DNA from: Planctomycetota bacterium
GTDB lineage: Bacteria; Planctomycetota; UBA8108; SXIK01
Assembly (NCBI GenBank): GCA_965223265.1
Contig: OZ244999.1
Location: forward strand, 224,001-288,000
DNA: 64,000 nucleotides
Direction of reading: 5' to 3'
The position numbers and the translations under genes were made by a program. Position 1 is the stretch's first letter, and every line of letters begins with the position of its first letter. Below the pieces are notes generated by a model. The model worked only from the letters and a program-made list of their open reading frames with translations. It was not told the DNA's origin and did not search any database. This document shows positions 9,473 through 18,237 of the stretch, piece by piece.

Positions 9473-10711
9473 ATGCGTTTCCGTGGGACTTTGTGCATCT
9501 TTTTCGTTGTCACTCTTTCTACATCCGCATCGGCGGCCAACTTCTTTGTCAACGCGAGCAATGGGGATGACGGTAATTCCGGGACGTCGTCCAACAGCCC
9601 GTTCCTCACTGTTCAGCACGCCGTGGACGTGGCTGCGGCTTCTCCTGGTGCCGACACCATTGACATCGCCGCAGGTGAGTACGTTGAGAACGTTTCGATT
9701 GCTGATCCGGGCACGGTGACTCTTCAAGGCGGCGGTGATGCCTCGATCGTCGCAGCCGACTCGGCGGAAAACGTCGTCTCGATCTCTTCGGGCGACGTGA
9801 CGCTGCGTGGACTTGCGGTCTCGGGGGGTAAGAACGGGATCATGGCCGAACGAGCGGACGACGACACCGCTCTTTCCCTCACACTTGTCGATGTCAGCTC
9901 GACGGAGAACGACGATCCCGATCCAGATGACGACGTCGAGGATGGTCATGGTGTCTACGTTGACGACGTCGACGCCGTCGTGATCGTCCGCGGCAATTAC
10001 TCCGACAACGGCAGTGACGACGACATGCACGGGATCAACCTTGACGACACACCGAGCGTGCGTTTGAGCGGTGTGACGGCGACCGGCAACGGCGAGCGCG
10101 GCGTCAACGCCGAAGATATCGACAGCGTCGAGGTGATCGGCGGTAACTACTCGAACAATGGCGGCGACGGTTTCAAGCTTGAGGACGCGGGTTCGATTTC
10201 GGCCGTTTCGGTGACCGTCTCAGACAACGGCGCTGACGGTTTCGACCTCGAAGAGATCGGCTCGATTCGAGTCGACAATACATCTGCCAGCAACAACGGA
10301 GACGAGGGATTGGAAGTCGACGACTGCGGCACGATCGTGGTGGTCGGGGGTGTCTACTCGGGGAATGCGGACGATGGCATCGACATTGACAACACTGTGT
10401 CCATCTCCGTCATTAATGTGACCTCGGTAGCTAACGATGTCGATGATGACGATAACGGGGGAAATGGTCTTCAAGTCGAAGCAGACGACATCGACATCTC
10501 GTCGGTTTTGGTGATCAATGGTGAGTTTTCTGGCAACCGTTCCGACGGAATTGATATCGTCGAGGACGGCACCGTCATTCAGAGTGTTACGTTGCTTGCG
10601 ATCACCGCCAATGACAACGGCGACAGCGGCATCAAGGTTGAGACCAGCGGCGACGTCGTCGCCCGTGGTATAAGGTCCGCGAACAACGGTGACGACGACG
10701 TCCTCCCGTAG
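9473..10711 (+). CDS. Secreted Asp-rich right-handed parallel beta-helix protein (DUF1565-like N-terminus)
   Basis: Signal peptide; 'FFVNASNGDDGNSGTSSNSPFLTVQHAV'; repeated 'xNxxDG(F/L/I)x(L/V/I)' coils. Confidence 0.8.
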   Translation: MRFRGTLCIFFVVTLSTSASAANFFVNASNGDDGNSGTSSNSPFLTVQHAVDVAAASPGADTIDIAAGEYVENVSIADPGTVTLQGGGDASIVAADSAENVVSISSGDVTLRGLAVSGGKNGIMAERADDDTALSLTLVDVSSTENDDPDPDDDVEDGHGVYVDDVDAVVIVRGNYSDNGSDDDMHGINLDDTPSVRLSGVTATGNGERGVNAEDIDSVEVIGGNYSNNGGDGFKLEDAGSISAVSVTVSDNGADGFDLEEIGSIRVDNTSASNNGDEGLEVDDCGTIVVVGGVYSGNADDGIDIDNTVSISVINVTSVANDVDDDDNGGNGLQVEADDIDISSVLVINGEFSGNRSDGIDIVEDGTVIQSVTLLAITANDNGDSGIKVETSGDVVARGIRSANNGDDDVLP

Positions 10712-10772
10712 GACATCGCTCCGACCTAGTCGATACACTACGCCCGATCGGTCGGTGAGTCGCGCTGCGAGT

Positions 10773-11372
10773 CTACCCCGCCCGGTCGGGCGTTTTTGTC
10801 GCGTGCTCTGTTGCCGCAATCGCAGTCGGTTCCTCGATCACGATCGTCTTCGCAATCTGGTCATGAACGCAGCGGCGGTCTTGGCGAAAGATCATCAGGC
10901 CGTCGATCAGGGCGTAGGCCCATCCCGCCCAGGGGACACCTGTGATGAACTGGTTCAGCCACCATCGCAGCGAGACCGCGCTGAGAAAGCCGGGGTTGCC
11001 ATAGTCTTCGTGTCTCACGATGCGAAGTCTGAAGATGATCTTGCCGACGTCTTGTCCCCGTGCCGAGAGAAGGTAGCACTGCAGAGCGAAGAAGCCGAGA
11101 AACACGAAAGCTGCGAATCCAAGTCCAACGACAAACGGTGTCAACTCATCGGTGCTTACCGCGTCGGTCGTTGCTACTATGAGCATCAAGACGAGTGGAG
11201 TCATGACTGCAGCCCAGATGACCTGGTTGGTGATGAACGCTGCAAGGCGCGTCCACCGGCTAGCAAGGGTGATCTCCGATCTGGGGGCGAGGATTTGGCT
11301 GTCGGGAGGTGGGGCCGCGTAAGGGTTCGGCGCGTCTGCAGTCTCTTGTCTGCTGGGTTCTCTGTCGTGCAT
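10773..11372 (-). CDS. RDD family membrane protein
   Basis: 'NPYAAP', 'ASRWTRLAAFI', 'GQDVGKIIFRLRIV', 'RCVHDQIAKTIV'. The start is probably ATG 11372; the longer listed ORF overlaps the next gene. Confidence 0.85.
   Translation of the reverse strand: MHDREPSRQETADAPNPYAAPPPDSQILAPRSEITLASRWTRLAAFITNQVIWAAVMTPLVLMLIVATTDAVSTDELTPFVVGLGFAAFVFLGFFALQCYLLSARGQDVGKIIFRLRIVRHEDYGNPGFLSAVSLRWWLNQFITGVPWAGWAYALIDGLMIFRQDRRCVHDQIAKTIVIEEPTAIAATEHATKTPDRAG
10779..10797 (+). terminator. Possible intrinsic terminator of the beta-helix gene
   Basis: CGCCC-GGTC-GGGCG followed by TTTTT, about 70 nt after the stop. The stem is short and lies within the 3' end of the RDD gene. Confidence 0.35.
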
Positions 11373-11534
11373 AGACGTGTCCTGTTTTTTCGGGGCGGAC
11401 GGTATACTAGCCGAGACTTTGGCGGGCTTCAAACATGAGACGGTTCTCGGGGGCGCGGAGCGGGCGACCGTCCGCCCGGATCGGTGTTCCACTGACGTGA
11501 AGGTGTGTCGAAAGATGGGATCAGGAGGAAGGCG

Positions 11535-12641
11535 ATGGCGAAGATTTACCGCATCGGCGTAATCGGCAGCACTGGTCGCGGCAACTACGGTCACGGACTC
11601 GACACGACGTGGTTTGACGTGCCGCAGGCCGAAGTCGTCGCGGTCGCGGACGATGATCCCGACGGACTCGCGAAAGCGGCCAAGCGCCTCAAGGTGGAGC
11701 GTGCCTTTAGCGACTACCGGCAGATGCTCGACAAGGAGAAGCTCGACATCGTCGCAGTCTGTCCCCGTTGGGTCGATCAACATCGCGACATGATCGTCGC
11801 CGCGGCGGAGCGCGCTGTGCACATCTACGTCGAGAAGCCTTTTTGCCGTACCCTTGCAGAGGCTGACGAGATCGTCGACGCGTGCGAGCGCACACACGTC
11901 AAGTTGGCGATTGGGCATCCCACCCACTACAGCCCGAAGCTCGCGACGCTCAAACGGCTGATCGACGCGGGAGCAATTGGGGAAGTTCTCGAGTATCGCG
12001 CCCGCGGCAAAGAGGATCGGCGTGGCGGCGGTGAAGACCTTTGGGTGTTGGGCACGCACGTGCTCGATATGGTGCGCTACCTCGGCGGCCACCCGCGCTG
12101 GTGCTTCGCGCGAGTGACGCAGGGCGGCGAAGCCGTGGCGAAGAAGCACATCGCGCCAGGAGCCGAAGGGATTGGACCGCTAGCCGGCGATTCGGTGAGC
12201 GCCGTGTACGGCCTCGAGGGTGGCGCGACGGCGCACTTCCAATCGCGTCGCCACATGGCCGGCAGGCCGTCGCGCTATGGTCTGCAGATCTTCGGCAGCG
12301 AGGGTGTCTTCGAGATCGTCGAAGGGACGATGCCACCGGTGAAGTTTCTCGGTGATCCGAGCTGGTCGCCCGGGCGGACCGGCAGCGAATGGCAGGACGT
12401 CTCATCAGCGGGCATCGGTCAGCCTGAGCCGCTCGCCGGCAAGGAGTACGAGGCGCGGCATCTCCTCGCCATCCGAGATCTCCTCGACGCGATCGAGAAC
12501 AACCGCGAGGGTTTCGACTCGATCCACGTCGCACGCGGCGTCACCGAGATGATCGTGTCGGTCTTCGAGTCGCATCGCCTCGGCCGGCCGGTCGAGTTGC
12601 CGCTGGAGAACCGCGAGAACCCGCTTACCTTGCTCAAGTGA
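11535..12641 (+). CDS. Gfo/Idh/MocA family oxidoreductase
   Basis: 'IGVIGSTGRGNYGH', 'HIYVEKP', 'GTHVLD'. AGGAGG RBS. Confidence 0.9.
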   Translation: MAKIYRIGVIGSTGRGNYGHGLDTTWFDVPQAEVVAVADDDPDGLAKAAKRLKVERAFSDYRQMLDKEKLDIVAVCPRWVDQHRDMIVAAAERAVHIYVEKPFCRTLAEADEIVDACERTHVKLAIGHPTHYSPKLATLKRLIDAGAIGEVLEYRARGKEDRRGGGEDLWVLGTHVLDMVRYLGGHPRWCFARVTQGGEAVAKKHIAPGAEGIGPLAGDSVSAVYGLEGGATAHFQSRRHMAGRPSRYGLQIFGSEGVFEIVEGTMPPVKFLGDPSWSPGRTGSEWQDVSSAGIGQPEPLAGKEYEARHLLAIRDLLDAIENNREGFDSIHVARGVTEMIVSVFESHRLGRPVELPLENRENPLTLLK

Positions 12642-12680
12642 CTCACCAGGCGGAGAGCGAAGCGGGTCGTACACTGGACC

Positions 12681-12950
12681 TCAATCGTCGCCGGCAAAGC
12701 GCGAACGGCGTAGCTTTCTGCTGCAGAACCAAGCTCGGGCGATGAACGCGAACGTCACGACGGCAACGGCGGAGAGCGCGACAGCGATACCCCAGTTATC
12801 GCCGTCCAGAAAGAGCGCGATGACGAGAAGTGGCAGCGAGACGAACGCGAACGTTCCGGCGACGCGGTGGACGGAGCGTTCGACCGTCACGTCGCGTAAT
12901 TCGTCCGATGTGAGGCGATCGGGTTCTCGGTGGTCTGAAAGAGAAGTCAT
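12681..12950 (-). CDS. Small two-TM membrane protein, hypothetical
   Basis: 89 aa with two hydrophobic segments and a basic C-terminus. Confidence 0.5.
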   Translation of the reverse strand: MTSLSDHREPDRLTSDELRDVTVERSVHRVAGTFAFVSLPLLVIALFLDGDNWGIAVALSAVAVVTFAFIARAWFCSRKLRRSRFAGDD

Positions 12951-13187
12951 GTGTGGCGTTTGCTCGTTGTGTTCACGTGCGTGTTCGTTGCATGGACGTG
13001 AACGATACCTCCTTTGACGTGATCTCGTCGCAGGTTATTCAGCACCCACCAACCTTGGTGCGCCCGTGTCCTGACCGACAGAGTAGTCGACACGTTCGCC
13101 ATGTTGCAAAAGGGAGGCGCTTCTAAGCCATGCGGGATGCGATTGCGTGTGGGGGTGGAGTGTGCGTGTGGGCGAGTGCGAGTGCTC

Positions 13188-13328
13188 AAGTAGCAGGCAC
13201 ACTCCGAGGCTGTGAAGTTTTTAAACTTGCCGTCGCAACTCTCCGGAACGGCACACGGCGTGTGCCTGCTACTTTGAAGAGCGTATCGGCGACGTCTTTA
13301 TAGTAGCAGGCACACTCCCGTGTGCCGT
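13188..13328. repeat. GTAG-family REP cluster (REPIN-like doublet plus single REP)
   Basis: AAGTAGCAGGCACAC (13188-13202) is inverted perfectly at 13260-13274. A third copy, GTAGCAGGCACACTCCCGTGTGCCGT, lies at 13303-13328. Confidence 0.8.
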
Positions 13329-14864
13329 TCAGTCGTGGCGTCGTGTCAATTCAGGCGCTGTGGCGTCGAGCGGGGGCGAATGCAGCGTGAAGTCGAGGCG
13401 CTGGTGACCGCCATCGTCTCTACCGTTGTAGCCAACGGCCCAGAGCGTCCAGCCATCCGCGTCGCAGCGGTAGCGAAGAGGGCGCCTCGCGATGTGGTCG
13501 AGTGGGACCGTCGCGAGGATTTCCGGCACGAGATCGTTCAGCGACGATGGAGAGTCCCCTGTCTCAGCGCAGAAGATCGACAGTGCGAGCGCGGCGCGCG
13601 TGAGCGAGAGGCGGGTCCTGGCGTGGCGTTCGTTTTCGTCCACTCCGGCGCAGATTGAGGAGTCGAGGGCATACGACACGAATTTGTTCACTGCGAGGCG
13701 TGGAACGAGGCTTCTGGAGATCTCCCGACCGTGTTTCAGGATTTTACGCATCCAAGATGGCCCCTGAATCGTTGGCCGATGCCTCTGGGTGATGGTTTCG
13801 CCGCGAGCATATGCATCCAATACCATGTCAAGTTTGTGATGGATGCGGCGCAGAATCGGATGCGGATCGAACTGTGCGTTGGGTGGTACGCATAGATCAA
13901 TCCAGTCCTCCTCGTACCCTTCGCCGGCCCAACAGCCTGAGACGAAGTCGAGCAGCTCTAGCCGCCATCGTTCGACGATGGTTGTTGCTGCCGTTGGCGC
14001 TGGCCAGGTCTCAAGGTCCTCCAGGAGTTGCCGTGCCAACTGCGGCGGCAAGGTCGCAGAGACGACCACATCGTGAGCTAAGCGAGCGCCGCTTTCATAA
14101 GCTTCGTAGGCGAAGCCAGACCAGATGACAAACAGTATCCGCCCGACGTGTGCGCTCAAGTTGACGACGTCCCGCGCGGTGCGCCACGCTGCGAGTCGCT
14201 TCTCAGCTGCGAGATCGAGGTATCCCGCGGCGGTGAGGAGAAGGTATGCTCCACGCACGTCGATGAGCGACAGTGGAGTTCTTGAATTATCAAGTCGCTT
14301 TGGTGCTGAGGTGGGTTGCAGCGGCAGGTAGAACTTGGACCGGCGCGCTGCGTCACGAATCAACGCCGTAGCCACTTCGTTCGATTCGATCCAAGCTTTG
14401 ACGAGTGGGAATTCGTCCGCGTGCCAGGGGCTTCTGGACGTTTCCTTCACGGCATCCCATAAGTCGAAGTCATCGAGCGGGAAGTCGAAGGGATTGGTCC
14501 ACGCGTTGTCCTCGCGAACGACGAAACCATGCTGCCTCAAGAAGTCTACAGAGTCGTCGTCGCCTGGCCCGACGAGGGCTTCGACCAGGGGCATCGCGGC
14601 GTTCTCCTCTGCCGTCACACCAGCGCTGGCTTGGCGCTCGACGATCGTCACATAGTCGACGGTCCCGTCCTGATTGAGTGGACCGCTGAACCGCGTCGTC
14701 TCCCAGCCGTACTCGAGCAGCACGCGTTTGGGGCGCACGGCAAACACCGCGACGAAGACGCCGACGACGATCACAGTAAGAATGAGCCCATCGATGACGA
14801 AGGCACGACTCGTCAGCGCTTCCTGCTCCGACGAACTTTCGCGCCGGTGCACCTTGATCTTCAT
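13329..14864 (-). CDS. Membrane-anchored hypothetical protein with GspG-C-terminal-like tail
   Basis: N-terminal TM helix; 'PLNQDGTVDY'; C-terminal 'SLNDLVPEILATVPLD...PLRY...GWTLWAVGYNGRDDGG'. GAGGG precedes ATG 14864. Confidence 0.6.
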   Translation of the reverse strand: MKIKVHRRESSSEQEALTSRAFVIDGLILTVIVVGVFVAVFAVRPKRVLLEYGWETTRFSGPLNQDGTVDYVTIVERQASAGVTAEENAAMPLVEALVGPGDDDSVDFLRQHGFVVREDNAWTNPFDFPLDDFDLWDAVKETSRSPWHADEFPLVKAWIESNEVATALIRDAARRSKFYLPLQPTSAPKRLDNSRTPLSLIDVRGAYLLLTAAGYLDLAAEKRLAAWRTARDVVNLSAHVGRILFVIWSGFAYEAYESGARLAHDVVVSATLPPQLARQLLEDLETWPAPTAATTIVERWRLELLDFVSGCWAGEGYEEDWIDLCVPPNAQFDPHPILRRIHHKLDMVLDAYARGETITQRHRPTIQGPSWMRKILKHGREISRSLVPRLAVNKFVSYALDSSICAGVDENERHARTRLSLTRAALALSIFCAETGDSPSSLNDLVPEILATVPLDHIARRPLRYRCDADGWTLWAVGYNGRDDGGHQRLDFTLHSPPLDATAPELTRRHD

Positions 14865-15019
14865 GCCCTCTTTATCGGCACACTCTGACGCAACCTTTAG
14901 ATTCGGGAGACGCCGGACTCCTGACTCCGACCGTGTCGCTTCCTTCAGCCGACCTGCTGCTACGCTCACCTACGATCCAGAGCTCGTCGGCTATCTTCTT
15001 GGCGCGCGGCGACTCTCTA

Positions 15020-15709
15020 CTACCGCATGGGCGATCTCCCGGTCTGCCAGCGTCCCGCGGTCCTTAGCAGCACCCAGGCCGCAGCTCCTCCGAGCGCACC
15101 GCCGCCGTGACAGGCCACCATGGGCACTCCCGTCAGACCGAGGTGCATCGATGAGAAGGCGAGCTCTCCAGTCCGCATTTCGTAACTACTTTTCAGTGCG
15201 ACCGCAGCGACGCAGAGCCAGCCGACACGACGGAGCGGCGCGTCGACGTTCTTCCCAAACGCCCAATCGAGCCCGACGACGAGGAGGAGTCCGTGGCCGA
15301 TACCCGAGAGGCCTCCAAGGCCGAGGTGCGAAATCTCAGGCATCATCCATAAGGTCGCTACCAAGCTCCCGGTGCCGCAGCCGAAGAGGAGGACCAGGCG
15401 ACGATGAAGCTTGTGACCGGCAAGAATTCCGTACAGACATAGGAACGCTCCTGCGTCGAGCAGCAGGTGATACCAGCTGACGTGAACAAACGGATGCGTC
15501 GCGAGGCGCCACCATTCGCCGGCACTCACTGCGGCCGGAAGAAAAATCTGCGGCGCTACGAGATCCACACCGACCGTGTGCAGATTGAGTCCAACGAGAA
15601 GGACCGTGAAGAGCCACACCTCGGGAGCTCGTCGTGCTAGCGCCGCAGCGGGAGGTCCGGGGAATCCTTCAGTGGCTGGCTGCGTTGTGAGCATCGTGTT
15701 GTCTGGCAT
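15020..15709 (-). CDS. Rhombosortase (rhomboid protease, GlyGly-CTERM type)
   Basis: 'GEWWRLATHPFVHVSWYHLLLD', catalytic 'GLSGIGHG', C-terminal 'CHGGGALGG'. Lies immediately downstream of a gene with a Gly-rich/TM/basic tail. Confidence 0.8.
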   Translation of the reverse strand: MPDNTMLTTQPATEGFPGPPAAALARRAPEVWLFTVLLVGLNLHTVGVDLVAPQIFLPAAVSAGEWWRLATHPFVHVSWYHLLLDAGAFLCLYGILAGHKLHRRLVLLFGCGTGSLVATLWMMPEISHLGLGGLSGIGHGLLLVVGLDWAFGKNVDAPLRRVGWLCVAAVALKSSYEMRTGELAFSSMHLGLTGVPMVACHGGGALGGAAAWVLLRTAGRWQTGRSPMR

Positions 15710-15825
15710 ACAGAGTCTCCTCGCGTTTGAACTCACAGGAAAGCGACGAACGCCGGCGGTCTCTAGCACCGCCGACGTTGTCAGTTCGCTATCTCTGAAG
15801 GGGGCCGTCGCGTGCAGCGAGATCG

Positions 15826-17988
15826 CTATGCCGTGCGCTGTTGTCGTCGCCGCTCGCGATTCCACAACCACAGCGCACCGCCGAGGAAGATCGGTCCGAC
15901 GGGACCACCGCCGAAACCACCACCGCCGCCACTGCTGCGACTGCTGCGAGATCTACGGCCGTTGTCGCGGCGGGACGCGTTCCACGCCGTTTCGTCGTCG
16001 CGCGAGGGGGGCGATGCGGTCGAAGTCGGCGCTTCGCGTGCCTCGTTGACGTGACGAGCGAGCGGCTCAGCGCGGTCCTGTGGTTTCGTTGCGTTCGCCG
16101 CCACCGCCGGCCCGAGACCATCCACGGCACTGCGCCGTATTGCTTCAAGACTCTTAGCCAGGCGATCGCGAGCATCGCGATCGTTGGTGATGCGCGCCAG
16201 ATTTGTGCGTTCGATCTTCCAGCGCCTGTACTCTGCGTCGTTCTCAAGCACAAGGAACGACGTGTACTCGGTCACGATCGAGTGGGTTTCTCCGAGGTTT
16301 ATAATCGCTTCGATGGCATCGCGCCCCAGAGGTCGGCCGTCACCTGCGCGGACGAGGTCGTCCACGCGTCGCAGCGCCCACATGCGCTCAACCTGTGGGT
16401 GGTCGCCAGCGTCAGCCGGGAATTCTATGTCAATGTCGTTGGCGATCTGCCGGCCGTTCACATCGCCGGTGAATTCGATCTTGGCTTTGCCGCCGCGCCG
16501 ATAACGTCCGTACATACGCAGAGGCGCGCCATGATAAAGGTTCGGGAGCTCCGTTGGCGTGACATCATAAGCATCGACCGACGTGATTTTGATGCGAGCG
16601 TCACTCACCGCAGGGCGCATCAGCTTGCGGCGAAACGCGGCGGCTTGTCTCGTGAAATTGTCGCCTCGGGAGATGAACGCGGCCAAGCCACCTGAGCGCT
16701 CGGCGACGCGCTCGAGGAGAGGGCGATTGACGTCATTGCCGACACCGATGCAAAAGACGCGGGCATTGGCGGGTCGGGCTGCGACCAGCGCCTGGAGACT
16801 CGTGCTCGCTTCACCCTTGGTGAGCCCGTCGCTTAAGAGCACGACGTTGAGAGTGCGATCGGCTTCACCATAGTTGTACGCCAGTCGCAGCGCGCTCCCG
16901 ACATCGGTTCCGCCGCGAGCGCTCTGTTCGTTGAGAAAAGTCGTCGCTGCAGAGATTTTCTCCGGAGTTGCTGCCGCGAGTTGACCAAACAGTGGCGTCG
17001 GGGCGACGTTGAATGACAGCAGCTCGAAGCGGTCATTTGCGTCGAGAGAGTCTACGAAAGCGGTGATCGATCCGGCTGAGGTTCGCATTTTGGCGTTGAA
17101 CCTCATGCTGCCGGAAACGTCGAGGACGAAGACATAGTCCATACCCGATTCGCGTTCGCTGAGATCATCGCCGATTGTCAGCGTCAGCAGAAAGTAGCCG
17201 TCTTCATCTGGTTTCTTGGAGGCAACCAAATCGAACCCGGTGCGCGGCCGCTTCACTTTGAAGGCGACGACAAAATCTTGACTGAGATCGCCACCAGTGG
17301 TCTCCATGCTGGCCTGTCGGTAGATGTCGGAATGCCTTGCGACGACGAACTCATCGGGATGGCTCGGGCTTTCCATCTCGGTGATGGGGATCGCGGACCT
17401 GACATCGACATTGATGGCGAACTTGCCTCGGGCTCGCGCGTCAACGTCGCTGCGCGTCGACGTGGCGAGCGGGTAGACGTACGTAGCCCAGTCTTTGTCA
17501 AACTCGAGCTCTTGGTAGTAGGTTGCCTTTACTTTTTGACTCGCCTCCGGACCGATGGGGAAAATGCGCATCTCGAACGTCTTGAAGTCCGTCTGTTCGA
17601 GGAGCCCTGGATCGATGCGGCGTCGTTTGTAGCTGTCGTAGATTTGGCGGGCGCGCTCTTTCTCGACGACCTCGCCGACCATTTCCTTACCACCGATCCA
17701 CATGCTGAAGCTGGCGACGGACGCGCCTTTGGGAACGGGGAAGGTGTAGAGGGCCTCAACCTGGCGTTTTTCTGTGTTACGAAACACCTGCGTGACCTCC
17801 GTGACGGCGATGCCGCTGTCGACGGTGACCTGGACCTCGTGTTCCTCGATCTCGAGCACGCCACCGAAGCCACCGTCGGCGACGAGCAGACCAGCTGACT
17901 CAGCCGGCGTGGAGATCGTTAGGGCCAAGAGTAGAGAAGCGGCGACGCCAGAGACGGCGCGGCGGGACAAGGCGTTTCGGCGCAACAT
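15826..17988 (-). CDS. VIT + vWA domain protein with C-terminal GlyGly-CTERM-like sorting signal
   Basis: VIT 'AVTEVTQVFRN...EALYTFPVP...DPGLLEQ'; MIDAS 'DVSGSM', 'GGT', 'LSDG'; tail 'SSGGGGGFGGGPVGPIFLGGALWLWNRERRR'. Confidence 0.9.
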   Translation of the reverse strand: MLRRNALSRRAVSGVAASLLLALTISTPAESAGLLVADGGFGGVLEIEEHEVQVTVDSGIAVTEVTQVFRNTEKRQVEALYTFPVPKGASVASFSMWIGGKEMVGEVVEKERARQIYDSYKRRRIDPGLLEQTDFKTFEMRIFPIGPEASQKVKATYYQELEFDKDWATYVYPLATSTRSDVDARARGKFAINVDVRSAIPITEMESPSHPDEFVVARHSDIYRQASMETTGGDLSQDFVVAFKVKRPRTGFDLVASKKPDEDGYFLLTLTIGDDLSERESGMDYVFVLDVSGSMRFNAKMRTSAGSITAFVDSLDANDRFELLSFNVAPTPLFGQLAAATPEKISAATTFLNEQSARGGTDVGSALRLAYNYGEADRTLNVVLLSDGLTKGEASTSLQALVAARPANARVFCIGVGNDVNRPLLERVAERSGGLAAFISRGDNFTRQAAAFRRKLMRPAVSDARIKITSVDAYDVTPTELPNLYHGAPLRMYGRYRRGGKAKIEFTGDVNGRQIANDIDIEFPADAGDHPQVERMWALRRVDDLVRAGDGRPLGRDAIEAIINLGETHSIVTEYTSFLVLENDAEYRRWKIERTNLARITNDRDARDRLAKSLEAIRRSAVDGLGPAVAANATKPQDRAEPLARHVNEAREAPTSTASPPSRDDETAWNASRRDNGRRSRSSRSSGGGGGFGGGPVGPIFLGGALWLWNRERRRQQRTA

Positions 17989-18087
17989 GGCGAACCTCCG
18001 TTGTGCGTCCGATTCCGGTCGGCAGGGGGCCCCGGAATTTTGAGGGTGAGTCTCGGCGACGTTCGCCGGCTCTCAACCGCGCCCCAA

Positions 18088-18104
18088 AGCAACGGCCGTT
18101 CCAG
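18088..18104 (-). promoter_or_regulatory. Sigma-54 (-24/-12) promoter of the VIT-vWA/rhombosortase operon
   Basis: Minus strand CTGGAAC-GGCCG-TTGCT matches TGGCAC-N5-TTGC with correct GG/GC spacing, 100 bp upstream of ATG 17988. Confidence 0.75.
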
Positions 18105-18237
18105 TTGCCTGAAGACGGAGGTAACTTCTATTCTAGGAATGCTTTATGATGTGGATGCCAGGCGCGCCTAAGATCGATTGAACGTCCGGCTCGAATGCTT
18201 ATGATCATTGAAAGAATAGCTGGTATACACTAAAAGT

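Noticed and set aside
11373-12149. N-terminal extension of the 458-aa ORF 10773..12149
   Set aside because: It is the antisense shadow of the Gfo/Idh/MocA gene; only the RDD portion from ATG 11372 looks like real protein.
13188-13328. REP clusters (also 35157-35267 and 63766-63945) as CRISPR arrays
   Set aside because: Copies alternate in orientation, spacing is irregular, there are only 2-3 per locus, and no cas genes are present.
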